Of a stretch of 41,123 nt of DNA, positions 39,747-41,123 are shown one piece after another. Location of the stretch: NCBI GenBank assembly GCA_964525635.1, contig CAZGJX010000026.1:1-41123 (forward strand), read 5' to 3'. The translations under genes and the position numbers were made by a program. The notes beneath the pieces were generated by a model. That model was given only the letters and a program-made list of their open reading frames with translations. It did no database searches and had not been told where the DNA came from. Position 1 is the first letter of the stretch. Each line of letters starts with the position of its first letter. This DNA is from an uncultured archaeon (lineage in GTDB: Archaea > Asgardarchaeota > Lokiarchaeia > Sigyniarchaeales > SOKP01).

Positions 39747-40259
39747 ATGAGTGCAGAACCACCAAATTTAGAAAATAGAACCACAATGGCTTTATGTCTT
39801 TTACTTTTTATAGTTTCTGCTATAATAGCTATTTTAAGTTACTTAATCTTTGATGTTTTCTGGATTATGATTATTCCACTCGCATTTTTAATTGTTATAA
39901 TTATCTCCCAATCATTTTCAAGATTATTTTGGAATACAAATAAAAAATGTCCTAGATGTAGAGAGTCTGTAAGTATATATAGTGAATTTTGTCCAAATTG
40001 TGGGTTTAAACTAATCATATCATGCCCTGAGTGTCAAGGCATTATGAGTTTTGATGATCCCATCTGTAAAACTTGTGGTTATAGATTTAATAAAATCTAT
40101 ATCCCGGATGATGCTGAAATTGAATTAGCATATGATGAAAAAAAAAATAAACAAATTGTAGAACAACTTAATTTTTGTCCTCATTGTGGAGTACAATTAG
40201 AGATAAATAAGCAAAACCTAAGATTTTGTGATCAATGTGGGAGTAGAATTAATTTATAG
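39747..40259 (+). CDS. Membrane protein (2 TM) with multiple Zn ribbons
   Basis: Two hydrophobic helices followed by six CxxC motifs. Confidence 0.85.
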   Translation: MSAEPPNLENRTTMALCLLLFIVSAIIAILSYLIFDVFWIMIIPLAFLIVIIISQSFSRLFWNTNKKCPRCRESVSIYSEFCPNCGFKLIISCPECQGIMSFDDPICKTCGYRFNKIYIPDDAEIELAYDEKKNKQIVEQLNFCPHCGVQLEINKQNLRFCDQCGSRINL

Positions 40260-40542
40260 ATGATATATTTTTCACATCTTTCAACGATCTATTATTAAAG
40301 GATAACTAAAGTGTATTTTTAAATAATTGCTCTAAAACTTTAAATGAGAAAGATATAGAACTAATTCAATAATTTATAAATATAGAATTTTATAAGAAAT
40401 AATTATTCCTTTATTTTATTAATTAATAAGTATATACACCCATGCTCGTTGGTTTGGATTAATTGATCTCAAAAATGATAAATAATTTAATTGATCATAA
40501 TTTTACAAAGATACAATTATATATATTACACCATTTAAATAT

Positions 40543-40646
40543 GGGGACTTGGCGCAGCCCGGTAGCGCGATAGCCTCCAGAGTTATAATTAAGAGAATTT
40601 TTCTCTTAATGAGGAATGGTCGAGGGTTCAATTCCCTCAGTCCCCA
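40543..40646 (+). tRNA. tRNA-Trp(CCA) with a 30-nt insertion at the start of the variable region
   Basis: Acceptor stem GGGGACT/AGTCCCC-A; D stem GCGC/GCGC; anticodon stem ATAGC/GTTAT with loop CT-CCA-GA; T arm GAGGG-TTCAATT-CCCTC. There are 35 nt between the anticodon and T arms instead of about 5. Confidence 0.9.
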
Positions 40647-41075
40647 TTTTAAGCGTGCAGAGAAGGTCTGCCCAAATTAAGAATCCTTATTCCTATTAAT
40701 AAAAATAACTGTAATCCTATATTGACTCAAAAATTTTTATAAAAAAAGAAAAATCCATTAGATAGATTCTAGATGATATATTTAATCAACCAAAAAATGA
40801 ACTCTAAAAAAAAAAATTATAATATACATATTTTAATTAAATAATCTAAACTTTTAAATATCAATATCATATTATTAAAAAAAGAGAGACCTTATGATAA
40901 ATAAATCCAATTTTTTAAAAAGAATATATTTCAATAGAATTAGAATCAACATATTTTAATTATTTTTCAATACTTCACTTATTTTTTATTAAACCTCCTA
41001 TAATTATAATATGTTCCATTTTAACTATATTTTTATTAGTATTCAACTATAATTGAACTACCACGCCCTAAACAG

Positions 41076-41123
41076 CAATGTCATTAAGTTAAGCAATCAC
41101 TTTTTTTTTATACTTCCAAAACC
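41076..41123 (-). mobile_element. Probable end (terminal inverted repeat plus last transposase codons) of an IS4-family element, truncated by the window end
   Basis: CAATGTCATTAAGTTAAG resembles the IS4-group IR as I recall it (TAATGCCGATCAGTTAAG). A minus-strand frame ...FWKYKKKVIA* stops inside the repeat. Confidence 0.5.

Noticed and set aside
40575-40621. Canonical 37/38 intron in tRNA-Trp
   Set aside because: The only 3' strand able to pair with ATAGC is GTTAT directly after the loop, so removing sequence after position 37 leaves no anticodon stem.
1-41123. Genome-wide reassignment of UGA to Trp
   Set aside because: TGA terminates apparently complete genes (LysE at 9669, the RING gene at 15765, the CinA-like gene at 34886), and Trp is encoded by TGG throughout.

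Overview
Very AT-rich archaeal window, inferred to come from an Asgard archaeon of the Lokiarchaeia type. The basis is a Loki-type LRR protein, a PGY-type C-terminal sorting signal, a eukaryote-like ubiquitin cluster, an archaeal histone, eS30, and selD with a eukaryote-type 3' SECIS. Housekeeping genes include proB, proA, asd, pyrE, hxlB, a NOG1 GTPase, mfnF/mfnE-like genes and rps30e. A ~9 kb ubiquitin-proteasome cluster encodes a Ubl, E1, E2, JAMM, two RING proteins and a non-catalytic-looking proteasome beta subunit. A selenium locus contains a DsrE remnant, a TusA-like gene, Sec-containing SelD and a SECIS. The top finding is in the CinA-like/COG1058 gene, which is interrupted inside its GGLGPT motif by a 30-nt stop-containing insert. 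The insert folds into a complete bulge-helix-bulge, and cutting at the canonical positions restores GGLGPTFDD exactly, so it is a candidate endonuclease-spliced mRNA intron in an Asgard protein-coding gene. The tRNA-Trp gene 5 kb away carries a 30-nt insert of the same architecture at a non-canonical position, suggesting related micro-introns in tRNA and mRNA. The window ends in a probable IS4-type terminal repeat. All calls come from reading motifs by eye; no searches or folding programs were run.
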